A DNA stretch of 50,757 bases, filler included, from Catajapyx aquilonaris (GCA_000934665.2; 3 parts of 3 records of this genome joined end to end with filler, not necessarily neighbours in it); one strand, 5' to 3'. Shown: positions 11,904 to 25,200, counted from the whole stretch's first letter. A program made the numbers and translations. Notes: a model not told the origin generated them from the letters alone.

Positions 11904-12646
11904 TTAATGAAAAGCAATATTATCCAATATTTATCATTTTAACTCTCGTGGTGGTTCTTTAGAATGTAAAATTCCGAAAAAATTCATCTACAGAGTGTTC
12001 CACAAAAAGAGTTAAAGTGCAATTAACTTGAAACTTAATTAAATTAATTTAAATTTTTAAAGTCACTTCCACGGCAAGTGTCACTTATGTACTTCTTGAG
12101 CCAATAACACGTGACGCGTACAGGGGAGAGTCGGGGACTTTTGAGGTTTTACTTAGAATGACATAACAAAGCTCTGGGTGAAACAAAACCTTGGGTATAA
12201 ATTAGTCCGAAGAAAAAACCTAAAGTTACTGGACTATTGTCAGTAATGTACTTCCCAAGACCATTGAGAGACCTTTCCCCATGCAGGTACACCAAATCTA
12301 TGCTATGCTTGCCATAAAATTGCTATAAAGACCAAATCAGAATTCCCCAGATAATTCTGTCAGAGACAGATGTATTCAGTGTTTGGTCTAACAGTGGAAC
12401 AGGTGTTTCATTAACATCATTGCCTTTCTTTTACATTCATTATTACACATTATTTCTTATGCCAAGGTCACCTGTCATTATCGCAGTAGGGCCCAAACAC
12501 GTCTGCCAGGGGGTACTTTCTAGCTCCTGCTACTTGGATGCCAGCAAAATTTAGCCTTGGGTAGATAAGCCTTTTTGGCATGTTTTAGTTCTTTGTTGTT
12601 CCTGGACTTTATATTCAGAACTATGCGATGGTTCACTAGTCCACTT

Positions 12647-12803
12647 TCGGCTGGGAGTGGTGGCGCACCCCTGTAATCCAACGCTTCTGGGAGGCCGGAA
12701 AGGCGGATGAGTCGAGAACGGCTGTTCTCTCAGCGGTGGTTCTCGACTCCCAGTTCACGACACTGAATGACTTACTTCCACAACTGCTCAACGTGTATCT
12801 CTT
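12647..12803 (+). mobile_element. 7SL (SRP RNA) Alu-domain-like retroposed element, candidate SINE1
   Basis: 12-bp direct repeat ACTAGTCCACTT at 12635-12646 and 12804-12815. 5' part GGCTGGGAGTGGTGGCGCACCCCTGTAATCC...GGGAGGCC resembles the 7SL/Alu 5' domain, including the UGUNR motif. Confidence 0.7.
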
Positions 12804-12910
12804 ACTAGTCCACTTCCATATGACTTGACCTTGAATTTCAAATCTTTCTGTACTATTTCAACAGTAAGTGTGGTGTACTGTACACAATGTGCCTTTCTTA
12901 ATTCTTCCAG

Positions 12911-13312
12911 AGGAAGCAGAGGGGAAGAAAAAAGGGAACCCCAAGTACATCGCTTAAGTGCCCCACTTGTGACGAACTATTTGAGAGTAAAATTGCTCTA
13001 ACAAAGCACCAGCGGCAAGTGCACAGGAAGCATATGTCAAAACATGATGATGAGAAGGGTGGAGATGATGGGTCCAGGTTTCCTAGACGTACCAGAAATT
13101 TGGCCACAACTTCCCAGGAGACTTTGAGAAGTCATAGAAGCCTAGAATTGCAGGATGATAATCACCAGTCTGACACAAATTCCACATTACAATGTCAGTG
13201 GGTGTCAAAACAAAGTGATACCAATCAACCACTTGACAACTCCCAACTTCAGACCCTGCCACAAACCCGACCGAAAGCAACAAGTTCTGCGAAACATGTT
13301 GAAAAACCATGA
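12911..13312 (+). CDS. BTB/POZ-C2H2 zinc-finger protein, next coding exon (C2H2 finger, first in-frame stop)
   Basis: Acceptor ttcttccag|; phase 0 matches the 9341 donor. Translates RKQRGRKKGTPSTSLKCPTCDELFESKIALTKHQRQVH (C-x2-C-x12-H-x4-H). TGA at 13310-13312. Confidence 0.8.
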   Translation, partial: RKQRGRKKGTPSTSLKCPTCDELFESKIALTKHQRQVHRKHMSKHDDEKGGDDGSRFPRRTRNLATTSQETLRSHRSLELQDDNHQSDTNSTLQCQWVSKQSDTNQPLDNSQLQTLPQTRPKATSSAKHVEKP

Positions 13313-13522
13313 CTACAGACACTACAACCTCTTCCATCAGTTAGTGGGGGAGACAGTGGAGTGGCAAGTTTGGAGTGCATGGAGTGCTCTGAGGATTTAG
13401 AAACTTGAGCACATCCACAGCCACCACCTCCGGAGGAAACAGGTAAATGTACTCTCTGTCTCAGAATTGAACTCACATCAGTATTGGTGAAAATTTGTAA
13501 CATATTGCCGGTCCCCTCAATA

Positions 13523-13866
13523 ATATATATAATAATTGTGGGTAATGCTTTCACCCCCTACGGGGTATATCGCATGAACCTTTATTTTATTTTCCAATTT
13601 TTCTGTTAACTTCCACTCCGGTGCAAGGAATCAAGGAATTTGGGTAAGGATAGGGATTTTTCGGGGAGGGGACACGGGTGCAGGTGCAATGTCGTTAAAT
13701 GGGTCATGTGCGGTCCCCCAGGAGGTTAGGTTGCCAGACACCTCCTCGGTGCAGGTCAGAGACCCTCCTGACGCAGGTGAAAGGAAGTTCCCCAGGCGGG
13801 GATCGAACCTGGGGCCTTTCACTCAGCAAGCCGAGACGTTACCATCTCGGCCACAACACCTCCCCT
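13523..13866 (-). mobile_element. tRNA-derived SINE, family S1, copy 1
   Basis: Minus-strand A and B boxes (TGGCCGAGATGG, GGTTCGATCCC); 13-bp TSD GGTCCCCTCAATA at 13510-13522 and 13867-13879; homologous to 40644-40992. Confidence 0.85.
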
Positions 13867-13879
13867 GGTCCCCTCAATA

Positions 13880-14277
13880 TGGCATACAGTTTTGTATATA
13901 TTGTATAAAATTAAAACAAAATGAGCAATTTAAAATAGAATCAGAGGAACAGTGTGTATGGTGCAATTGGCAGGTAAACTGTTCAATTTTTCACATAATC
14001 TACGAGTGCCCCTTGTTCATACCTCCAAGACGGAAACACCTGTTTGATATACCAAAATTTCCACCTGACCAGATCTTGATGCTCTTCACTAATAGTCAAA
14101 AACCAGATGTTCATAAATTGTTCTCCTTTTTTCAAAACGTGATCAAAATTGTAAATACAAATGAGCATTGATGCGCACATACCTAATCTGTCTGTAATAC
14201 ATATGTGGTTTTGTCCCCCAAAACGAGCCAAAGGCTCAAACACGGGGTAAATTAAATAAATAAATAAATAAAAAAAT
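13880..14277 (+). mobile_element. 5'-truncated non-LTR retrotransposon (LINE) 3' end
   Basis: CVWCNWQVNCSIFHIIYECP is a CCHC knuckle typical of the RT-ORF C-terminus; stop at 14171; 3' UTR stem-loop (gagcc-aaa-ggctc) and (TAAA)n tail. Confidence 0.7.
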
Positions 14278-16877
14278 ACAGTTTTGTATAACATGGGACT
14301 TCTGTTAAATTCCTGAGGAATATTCAGACATTGCAGAGTGCTCCTGTACCGAAGGTACACATTCCAGAAGGAGTGGGACAGAAGAGTTGATGAATTAGTC
14401 ACCTCTGGCAAGTAAACAAAGTAGGAAACAGGTACCCTAAGGAATACCCTAATCTTAAGCCAAATCTGGACTTGAGTTTGAATATGGTCCAAGAATGACT
14501 AATTCATCAACTATTCCCTATCCCCTATCTTCTGGATTGCCAAATTGGGCAGAGGCCCTCTCTCCAAAGCCACTGCTATGTTTACTCACAAGTCAGATGA
14601 GATGACAAGAGCCAGTTGAAATGAGCATCTATGAGATTTTCACAGATATGAACATGAGCTGTGTGTATTTTGAAACATGCAGCAAACTGAAAATTAAGAT
14701 CTTTGCAATTCTTTTTTGTGCATACTCATTGTTGTGAAGACATTACAGTATTTAGCTTCTACTGTGGAAAATAATGTACCTACAAAAGCAAATATTAGGC
14801 ATGCACACTAACTACGTAGAGAAGTGCTATAATGCCATTCACCTGGTGCAACTCCTTCACAGATAGGCTCACTTCTTATCAAAAAATAATTGCGAGTTAC
14901 ACTTTTCTTCGAGGGAGGGGTTCAGTTTATGCACTGCTGACAGATTTTTATTGTGGAAGAAAATTATGATGAAACATCATATAGTTCTTTCAACATGACA
15001 ATCTTCCATTCCAATTGGGGAACCTGGGTGGAAGGCAGTGACTCTAACCATTACATCACTGCACTGCCCAACTTATAAGAAATGAAGGCCAATGACTTCA
15101 CCTTATGGGGCAAGATATGGGCTAGGAAAGTGACAAGTAGTGTGACATGGCAAGAATTGTCCCATACTGTAACAAATTTTGCAGCAATCACTGTCACTGT
15201 TCACAACTGAATATTTGGGTCTAGCTCTCTATAATCACCCCATGTTGAATGTGCATTAGCACTAGCAAGATATCATCCCAAAATTTATACTTTTAGGTGT
15301 GGTGATGAAAAGGGGTCATCATGAAGAAATTGGAGATGATCGCAGGAGAGATCAGGAAGCTTGTACGCAAGAAGAAGCTCGATTCCATCACTTTGGATTA
15401 AATTTTGTAGAATTACAGAAGGCAATTAATGACTGTTCCATACTGTTAAGTTATGCATCTACTACTAGGTCAAAGTATACATTTGGAGAAGGGGGAAATG
15501 GGGAGCAAGAGAATGCATGAAAGTTTACATTGCATGTGGTTTCTTGTTTCTCTACCTAAATTGCCATTTACTATACCAGTCCTCAACCCTGTAAACTAAC
15601 GACAGCGACAACCTGTGATTGTCAAGCTGCCACCTCTGCACAAGTGGACAGTAACATGACTGGTTTTGTAAAAGCATTTGCTTAGTTAAGATAAGTTTTG
15701 AAAAAGTTCAGAGAAAAATAACTATAGGGGATGAATTACTGTAGGTAATCATTCATCAATATTTTTTATATTAGGAGATTGTATGTGCATAAATGGACAG
15801 AGCAATAAACTTTTACCTTGAACCACGTGCAGATTGTTTTCCCAGGTCTGCCTGCTCAGAACTTTGGAAGAGGATATTTTTTGCTTGGTGATTGCTGAAG
15901 AATGCCTGTTGGGGAAAACTTTCAAAAGAATCTTTTCAACGCCTGATTTTGTTTATCCTCCCTGAGCAACATCGTAAATGAGTTGTTCAAAAGCAACACT
16001 TGATACATATATGAACGTTTGGTACCTGGGTACAGGATTTTCTTTATCATGCAACATTTGATTCTACTGAATTTTGGAGGGGTGGTTACAATTGTGCAGG
16101 AAATTTTGAATTTTACTTTGGCAAGATATAATGTTTTAAGAACCTCAGCAATGAGTTGCAAGCAAGATTATGTCCATCCACCATCACATTCTTAATGCAA
16201 GGAATTTCTTGGGACATTTACCCATCACTTGATATACTTTGCTTAGGTGGGCTTTACATCAGGCTCATGGGTTGTAGTGGAATAATGGACAGGAAGGTGG
16301 ACGCTGTGACTGCATTTTTGATGATGATAGACTTGATGGTCTTGGCGGAGCATCTTCCTCTCTTGCTTCACATCTAGTCCTCTCTTGATCGGACATATCT
16401 TGAGCATCTGATGATGGATATAAAAGCATAGGCTTGGAAAACTGCTGGGGTTATTATCTATGAAGCCCTTTCAACCAGAGGCTGGTGACAAGCACTACAA
16501 GCCATCCAATGTCTGGAGACTTGAGCCCTGCAATACAAGACAAAGTGAATTAAAATTTGCAGCTGTGTATGTAAACTTATCAAGTGAATAACACCCACTA
16601 CCATTGAAGTAGAAAGTGTTGACCTTCCAGAAAGGTAGATTTTTAACTTGTCTAGACATAATTATTCTGAGAAATTTCTACTTGAAATGAACACCTGAAC
16701 TGGAACAGACTGTATCGAGTATGTTCACATGGGTGCGAAATTCCTAGGAAAGTAGATTCCACTAAAAGTAGATTCCAAGTAAGGACCTGTTCAAAGTTAT
16801 CCTGGCAAAGAAAGGCCACCCACATGGCTCAATGATTCGTGTCAATTAGATTGGAGCAGATCACTGAAACTTGGCAA

Positions 16878-16977
16878 NNNNNNNNNNNNNNNNNNNNNNN
16901 NNNNNNNNNNNNNNNNNNNNNTTAATTAATTAANNNNNNNNNNNNNNNNNNNNNNNNNNNNNNNNNNNNNNNNNNNN
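16878..16977. other. Artificial contig linker (N44-TTAATTAATTAA-N44)
   Basis: 100-nt N run with a centred six-frame-stop spacer. Confidence 0.97.
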
Positions 16978-17504
16978 AGGAGGAAGCGGGCCCTGTTGTT
17001 TCTCTCAAGGTTGCTGCGTATTTTTTCTGCCTGTCACGTATGTTACCTTCTTAAATCCTATTTCACTGCATGTAATTGTCAAAGCTGAATTGAGCTTGTT
17101 GCATACTAAGGTCCCACCTCTTCAGTTACTAATAACTTTTCATAAAAAGAAATAGTCGGCGAGGAAAAAATTTCAATTTGTCACTGTCTGTTACTGTCAC
17201 GTATGTTACCTACCATAGAGTAACATATGTGACGGGCTTGGTAACAAATGTGAATGATGACATCTATTATGCTATAAGGCAGAACAGCCTAACATCTGTT
17301 TGATTTCATCATCGCAGCAGCATATTCGTAAGCACCCATGACTGTTGCCTATTATTGTCACCAACAATAAGCAACAGCTATGGTTGTGATGGATGTTATG
17401 GTGCTTAATAATACGCCAAAGTCGTGGGCCGTGCGTGTGAGTATGGTTTCCCAACAGCAGATACTATGTCACTATAGTTAGGCTGTTCAGCCTATAATTG
17501 AAAG

Positions 17505-17571
17505 GTTCCATGGAAGAAGGGGGTAACTAGATGGGAATTCCCATCTACTTACCCCCTTATTTCATGGAGCC
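17505..17571. repeat. Near-perfect spacerless hairpin
   Basis: ggttccatggaagaagggggtaactagatgggaa|ttcccatctacttacccccttatttcatggagcc. Confidence 0.8.
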
Positions 17572-19498
17572 CTTCTATTGTATTTAGATCATAATCACAT
17601 TGCTCTCATTAATGGTGCCATATCATATTCATCATTTCTTGAAATGAGGAGTTGTCATATCTGTTACTAAATGTCACATCTGTTACCCAGGTGAGTCTTT
17701 ACCATAGCATTAGAGTGGTATGAGGTACGGTTAATTAAAGTATAGTAAGTGAAAGCCTCCCAGATGCCTTACATATTTAAAAATATTACACCTACCTATA
17801 AGTGTATAGAGTAGTACAGTGGTCAGTATTACTATGACACACTTCGGACCTGGAGTAACTAACTAGGGTACTGCGGCAATATTTGTTGGTAGTGTGGGTG
17901 GGCGAATGTTGAAGATTTTTGCCGATTGTTACATAATGGAAGAAAATGCGAATAGCCTGCTCTGCAGATAATACTTCCAGTTTTGAGCTGGGTTTATTTA
18001 GCTATTACACAAGCTGACTGTATCTGATGGAAAAGGTCGATAAAAGAGTGGAAGCGTCGGGATATTAAATTTTGCTTCGCCTTTCCCCACTCCATGCGAT
18101 ATTGCCATTTCAAAGAAATGAAGTTGTGAGCTCGAGGAAATCGCAAGTGTCAAAACTTGCGAATACTGTCGTCGTCCGGAACTTGGTTCATTTCTATACT
18201 ACAAACTTTATTTCAGCGCAGTTCATTAATAAGGTCATCATTACATCCTTTAACCTACCATTTGGTGAAGTTTTCAATGCCCCATAAGCAGGGCGACATT
18301 TTATAATCAATTGCATGAATATTAATTTCTAATGTAATCCTCCGAGAGGATAATCGCTAGATAAAAAGGTAATCAAGCAGGGTCTTTCCACTGATTATCG
18401 GTCAAAATGTGCATTTGACCCTCACTATTAGCATCACTTAGGGCCGGTTATATTAACTCGAATTAGTTTAAAAAACTGATAATTTATTGCCAGTACGAGT
18501 ACCATACCTATAGTCCACATAATCTGGAGTTTTTCTCGAATTTTTCTAATCATTACATTCGACCTTTAACATCGAGTTTGTCGTGACGTGTGTATGTTCA
18601 AGGGAAGTGATCATACTTATTCTTGTGTTTTTCCACGCTCAAGTCACATGCTTTTATCCTTACTTTATACATGCTATGTATAGCTACACTGCCGGATATT
18701 GTAGCATATACAGGGTGTCCGTGAATCGACCAGTCAGACATGTACCCGAGACTCAATTGACACCAGAGGATCATGTTATGTGGAGGAGTCATTATGTCTG
18801 GGCAGGTCTGCATGCGTTCATCTTCTGTAACCGAATACAATAGCCCCTAGCAGTGCGGCTGCCTGGCGAGGAAGAAAGCCATTTGGGTCACCACCCTGAA
18901 GGATGAACATAATGCAACTTCAGCTCAGAGTGCGAGTCATTCAGTCATATACTCTGTGCCTCAGGAGGTATGCCGGAGTAAACACGTAGTCTCTTGGAGA
19001 ATCCACTCAACCTGATGATGATGGTAATTCTATATATATAGGGGTTGCTATAGGGGTGAAATATACTGTAGCTTGGTTGTTTTTTAACCAGATGTAACAG
19101 TGAAGGCCTTAATCAATTTTCGCATCGTGTACGTAGAAAAGACGAGATGTTATTTTAACTGGAACACTTCGATATGTTGTTATTTCTATCTAAAAAATTA
19201 TTCAACATTCACTATTTAGTTTCATTATTACACGACACCTGTCAAAATTTGTATTATTTCTGGGGAATTACTCTTGGGACTCTTTTTTAAAGAAATGCTG
19301 TACATCCTTATTATTCTCGCACATGATGCAGATATTAAGTTAAAACAGAAATAATTTTATTTTAATTAACTTATACATAGTTTATGTTTTAAATGTTGGA
19401 CACTTTTAAAGGTACAGTACAATGTGCCATACATATTTTAAGATTTATTACTACTAACAGTAAGCCTACAGTTTGAGTGTCTCTACGCACACACTATA

Positions 19499-19923
19499 CA
19501 GGGTGTATCTGAACTCAATGCCCCGACGTATATGACTGCCTTCCTAGCCACCAGAGGATCGATTTAAGTATAGGAGTCATTATGTTTGGCCGCCGCATTA
19601 CGGAGATAATTGGCCGCAAACATGTAGTACAAAATATCCTGTCGGTTAGGCCACTCATCGAACCCTCCCCCAGTCAGAAGGCTCTGGAAGGTCTGGGGGC
19701 GGGACTTTGTTGGTTTGTTGCCCACAGGTGGTAAGGCCTCTTTGGCTAGTTACACCAGAAAATTCTATTTAAAAGTCAGAAGGAGCGATTAGGCAAAAAT
19801 CGCTAAAGAGTGTATCTCAGTAATGAGGTTGTCCAGACATAATGACTCCTCTACATAAGTTGATCCTCTGGTGGCTAGGAAGGCAGTCATATATGTCTGT
19901 GCACTGAGTTCAGATACACCCTG
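19499..19923. mobile_element. Tc1/mariner-type MITE with ~100-bp TIRs
   Basis: TA|CAGGGTGTATCTGAACTCA ... TGAGTTCAGATACACCCTG|TA; a related single end lies at about 18711-18810. Confidence 0.85.
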
Positions 19924-22900
19924 TATAGGACTGTGCATAACATACTGACATATTCAGCGCAAAATTAAGCATGGCCAGTCACAGATAAAACATTACTAGA
20001 TACTAATAATGACAACATCAATGCTGTCTACAGTTTATCAGAGTAGTATTCGGCCAAATGTGATGTTTGCTGAAAGCAATATCAATCAATTATCTGTGAA
20101 GTGAAACTAGGCGGAATGCATTCGTGACCCAGGCTGAATCATTTAGCCATACTAATGTAAGCATTCCACTCAGGTGCTTCGGACTCCCTTGAACAAGGTA
20201 GCATTATTATCACTCGGAACTAAATTATTTGTAGTCCGCGAACATTCAACCTAGGCTTTATCATTAGTGTGGAAACATATAGACAAGCTTGAGAACTGCA
20301 GGGTGGGTTTCCTGCAACAAAGGGCCTGCCGAATTATTATGATATTTATCTGCTGCAAATGGTATGATATGCATGCTGTATTACTGTGGGACGCAAGTGC
20401 ATGTCTAACGTACTATCATGCAATCCAGCTATGGATCTCCAGCTTCATGTTTCATTTATATCGTTTTTATTTACACCTCTCTGTACCTCATTCCATTACC
20501 TGTTCATACGCATAGTGTAGTCCTGTTTGTTGCCCACAGCATAAATGTGAGTACAGTAATTCCAACTCGCTGTCTTTTCGAGACACCTGCAGTACACATT
20601 ACGCAGGGTATTATATGTGCACTGGTCTCTCCGGAATACTTGGTTTGTTGTAATTCATCAGTATGTGGTGTCGGCTTGCTGCTGCATCTTTCCTTTGAAG
20701 GTGTGAAGGATAATAAAGGTTCAGGCGGTCTCTTTGTCTCCTTTGAGATACTCTCCAAATAAAGGCTATAGCAGAACTTGTAGCGGTGTGCCTCAGAGGC
20801 TCGTTTTTTTGTCACTGCATAGTTTCAGCTCTAACTTAACTCACGACATTAGATCGTCAAGTCATCTTACTTAGCTTATAGCCTCGAAGAAAGGCTTGGC
20901 GTCCACCACGATCTCACGACTTTGTACGGCGGAGTGGACAAGGCTTGGCTCCCAGACACTATCTCACAGGTTTTTTTCGGCGGAAGACTTGGCGCGTTTT
21001 TTACGAGTGCGTTTTTGAGGGGATTAGATCGTCATGAAGCAACTGCTTCAGAGGTCCTGGGGTAACACATTTTCAGACAAAAACAGAAAGAAATGCGAGT
21101 TGGAAGCCAATAAATATAACAACCGGTATTGACTAGGATATACAGTTTTTATTTCTTTGGGTAAGGTCACCTATAGAAACAATTCAATGAGGTCACGTAC
21201 GCAAAAAAAAGAACCGAGAGACACGGTGAGTCTGGGTTAATGAGGCGCTCATTGCAAAATGAGGTAAATTCTCTCACATGAAATTATTTGGGCGGGCATA
21301 CGTGGCTGCATACCCTGCAGCATTCAGGGTAAGTAGCTGATTTTAGGCTTGGTGTTAGGTCGGTAATGGCCCACACGTTGTCAAACGTCAGGGTCACTTA
21401 TGTATAGGTCGTCTTTAAAAAGGTCGGTCGACAGTGTCAGCTCCGCTCTGGTAATAGCGTTAAATATTCCATTTTGCAATTAAGCTTCTCTCATGCAATG
21501 TGTGAGGGTACTAAGGGGGTCGTTCCCGTAAACATGGATTAAGCTGGTTCTCGATTCAAGTCTGGTTTTGACATCTAAAAAGTGATCGAGACTCCTCATA
21601 ATCCATGTTGTTATAGGAATGGTCCTAGTCATAACGTATGTAGACTAAATGTAACACTGCACATATAAGAGTTGGCTACTTTCAACAATCTGGAGTTTTG
21701 AACAGATTCATTGGCTTCAAGATGAAGAAAATGCCCAAAAACAATCTGGTTCACCTGCATTGTTACGCTCTAAAAAGAATTGTGAAAAACAACGAAATAG
21801 TAGTTTCAGACCTAATGGTCCAGTGGTACACACCATACCAATTACTTGAGTACGGACAGATCACAATCTGTGCAATGTGTGACTGTGCCCATTAGTCAAT
21901 CTCTGGACATAACAAGTCTTACGACTAATTTCATTAACAATAGCCAAAAATGACTGGTTCTTCTGTGACTATATACGTAATCATCGTCGTTTTTCACTTA
22001 ACTCTTTCTAAAGAGGGCGGGTGCCATCATAGTGCCTTCCATTGCCAATACGTGCCGTACTTTGGCTAATTAAAATGTTCTGTTTAATACTACTGCAATT
22101 ATTAAGGAAGCCAAATATTTCGACTATAAAGTCACAGCTAAATTGGATATAATTCAGCCGTTTACAAAATAAATGCATCTTTGGAGGTGGGTTTCTGGAA
22201 GACCAGAACTGAATATGAAATGCGTCATTTGACATGTACGCACAACATTAATCCAACGACTATTTATGCAGTAGTCATGGCTCATTTTTCTTTCCAAAAT
22301 CTATTTATGACCAATGGCCAAGTCGTAATAAAAGATCACAGTATATGTGGACATCTCTTAGTTTCAGAGAGAACATTGTTCTGCTGAAAGTTACAAATTG
22401 TTCATAGATGCAGCTATACAAGACAGGAGTCGGAATTAAATCAAGTGCTCCGAAAGAGATAACTCTGCCTCCAATAAACTACTGCTACATGGAAATACGG
22501 AATAATTTGACAGTTAATAAATGTAGGCGGCAGAGGACATTTGGTTGACAACAGCGCCACCGGGATGGGCATTTGTGTTTTAATTTCGACTCCATATAGT
22601 TATGTTGGGTCTAATAAAAAAAACTGAGAAGTGATGACAGCTGACCATTTTTCATTAACTAGAATATTAGCATGCATATACAGAGCTCTAAAAAAAAGCG
22701 ACATCCAGATTGCTGGAAAAAAATGACTGTGGGCCTTAGCCGGACTATTCTTCTGTAATTTTTGTCAAAACGTGTTGCACACCAGTAGGCATTTTGTTAT
22801 CGATTAGCCATTGTTGCCCTGAATATTGTCCCCTGAACCAGTAATATTGGCTCTGAAACAGTGAAATGAAACTTATTGTTGTCAATGAAGAGACATGAAT

Positions 22901-24140
22901 AGCCAAATTGTCATTGGACTAATTAATTGTACGCAACTCATACTGATTTCACCACACTCACCAGCACTGACTACTGGCACCGTAGAAATAACCTATACAG
23001 AATGAACACATATAATAGAACACAATATAAAGGGTTCCCTCCCTCCAGTTGCACCCCTGCCTGTAACCTACAGGCTCCATCTGCAGGCCATACATTGTGT
23101 AGGTTCCACACCACTAGCAAGAGGGTTCGCTGGAAACTGTCTGGGGTTAATACGATTGGAAAGCACTTTTGTCATGGCAATATGGGGGGGGGGGCAGTTA
23201 CGCTGAAGTTACATGTACCTGATCATTGTATCGTACACATCAGAAAAGGCCAGCGTTGTGAAATCACTTCTGAGGAGGTGCATTCATAGGGGGTCCAGCT
23301 CATTATCGGATGGTCTACTTGGCACAATCGAGCTGTACAGTACTGCACTCACTCACTATAGATTATGCCGTACGTGGGCGGCCCCCACAGCGTGGGTTAG
23401 CATATTTGAATGCGGGAACAGTCAACGAATGCAGATCTTGCGTGATTGGTTATATCCGGGGTACAGTACCTTGGCGCATTCGACATCAGTCCCTCGGTAT
23501 ACGTCATTTATCTTAGGGAGTTTTGACAGCGTGCCAATGATGTCTGGTCACACAGCATGCAAAATAACATCAATTAATTGCGTGAATCTCTTAAGGGCCA
23601 ACTGCTTGATTGCACCTGTGTCCCTACAATAAATGGTCATAACAGACAATTAAAGGGTATATCCTAAACCGTATTTTGACGGCGCCTATTTGCAATAAAA
23701 TAGTCTACCTTTATATGGTAAGGTAAACATAAACAACACGGGTACACTGCATGGTCTTGAACTGTACGATATGGTAATAGCGCCAGGCATACAGTTTATA
23801 ATTATACAAGTAGCTAGAATATCCACACAAAGGAAAATGAATAAATATCACGCGTTTCTATAAGCAAGCATGTTGCTGTGTGAGACTTGTTGAAGCTGGC
23901 AATGTTTATTGAAAGACGACCGAGTGGAACAGATGGTTGTCAAGTTTTGGCACGACAGGTGCTGGGGGAATGAATAGACGCAAGAGTAGCCGGAATGCAA
24001 TTCATCAAGTCGTTATGCACAGACATGCACACTGCAGAATAGATTTGGCTTCTGCTGTTGCAAGACTGGTGTTGTACGTTGAGATCCTTGTGCCGACGAA
24101 CTGGATGAAAGCTTTATTGGGCATAGCCAGCAGCATGGTC

Positions 24141-24376
24141 CTAACTGCTGGAGAAGTATCCGAATGGCAGATGGTCGCGCATAATCAGCATTGCAGGCAG
24201 GAATAAAAGGGGCCAGATGCTGTGCATGTTCGACCAGAGGTTGTTGGAAGAGTTGCACCTGTCTGCATCGCAAGTGCAGATCTCCTCCGTGAAGCTCTTG
24301 GTTGTCTCTCGCCTGCAATTGTTGGTGATGGCTGAACCTCGCTTGATGCAGTTGCGGTAGAACATCTCCAGGTCAT
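24141..24376 (-). CDS. Ly6/uPAR three-finger (quiver/sleepless-like) protein, last exon
   Basis: Acceptor ttcttggcag|, phase 1. DLEMFYRNC...NNC...EEICTCDADRCN gives the terminal CxC-x4-CN motif, followed by a small-residue omega region and hydrophobic tail (IWPLLFLPAMLIM). TAG at 24143-24141. Confidence 0.85.
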
Positions 24377-25023
24377 CTGCCAAGAAATTATTGTGCGTCA
24401 AAGTGGTATGCATTCAAGGAAGTTAATGAAAATCAACTAGTGTATTTTCGAGCAATGTGGATGTTGTATCAACATGAGCTACCTGCTGTTGCACTCAGCT
24501 TTTGGCCAAAAACGCACTTGACGTATCATATACGCCACCTTTAAAAAATCAGTTGGTTTTACAGGTATTTGTTTACTCGAGTTACAGCGGGATGTTTTCC
24601 TGCACATGGGCTTTTATGCTATCAACATGTACCGGCTAGTGGTAATATTGCTTTGAATTACAGTAAGGTGTGTTCCCAAGCTCGGTAGAATCAGTGTTGT
24701 GGTAATCGTGAGCGAGAACTATGTGGTAGAGAACACGTGGTATGATCCACTTCTGCAGCTTACACTGTATGTAGTAGCGTAGTACTAGTCTACTGTATAG
24801 GTAACTGATTGTGGTCATTTTAATGGAAGAGATTACCACCATCGTAACTAGCACTCTCGTCTAGTCATCAATCCCCATCGACGGTAAAAGCTCCTCACGT
24901 GCCAACTTTTTTGTTGGTTTTCGCCTTTCGATCGCATGAAAAGAAGCTGGGGAAGCTTGCGAATCAGCTTGTACACTAAAGATACCTGGAGAATAATTCT
25001 CCGATTTTATTTACTATAAACAT

Positions 25024-25170
25024 GTACTATGGAGCTAATATTCTTTTGCCCACTTTATCCTGGTCTTGAAGCAACCCTTCACACAAACACACTTCCTCAC
25101 CATGGGGCCTGTGCGAAGGGTTGCTTCAAGTCCAGGATAAAGTGGTCAAAAGAATTTGAGCCCCATATAT
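25024..25170. mobile_element. Short palindromic MITE (same family as 42333-42940)
   Basis: ccactttatcctggtcttgaagcaacccttc is mirrored by gaagggttgcttcaagtccaggataaagtgg; a partial second arm follows to 25200. Confidence 0.75.
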
Positions 25171-25200
25171 GGGGCTAAAATTCTTTTGACCACTTTATCC

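Noticed and set aside
12647..12803. Human Alu contamination
   Set aside because: Only the 5' domain resembles Alu and is clearly diverged; there is no dimer or poly(A), and it is integrated with a TSD in a native intron.
16260..16530. Exon-like minus-strand tract (acceptor at about 16528; PSSDAQDMSDQERTRCEAREEDAPPRPSS)
   Set aside because: Stops occur in all frames after the acceptor and there is no recognisable domain.
24645..24690. ELGNTPYCNSKQ on minus, resembling the USP Cys box (NLGNTCYMNS)
   Set aside because: Lacks the catalytic Cys, has no supporting flanks or splice context, and lies in a Ly6 intron on a different contig from Usp8.
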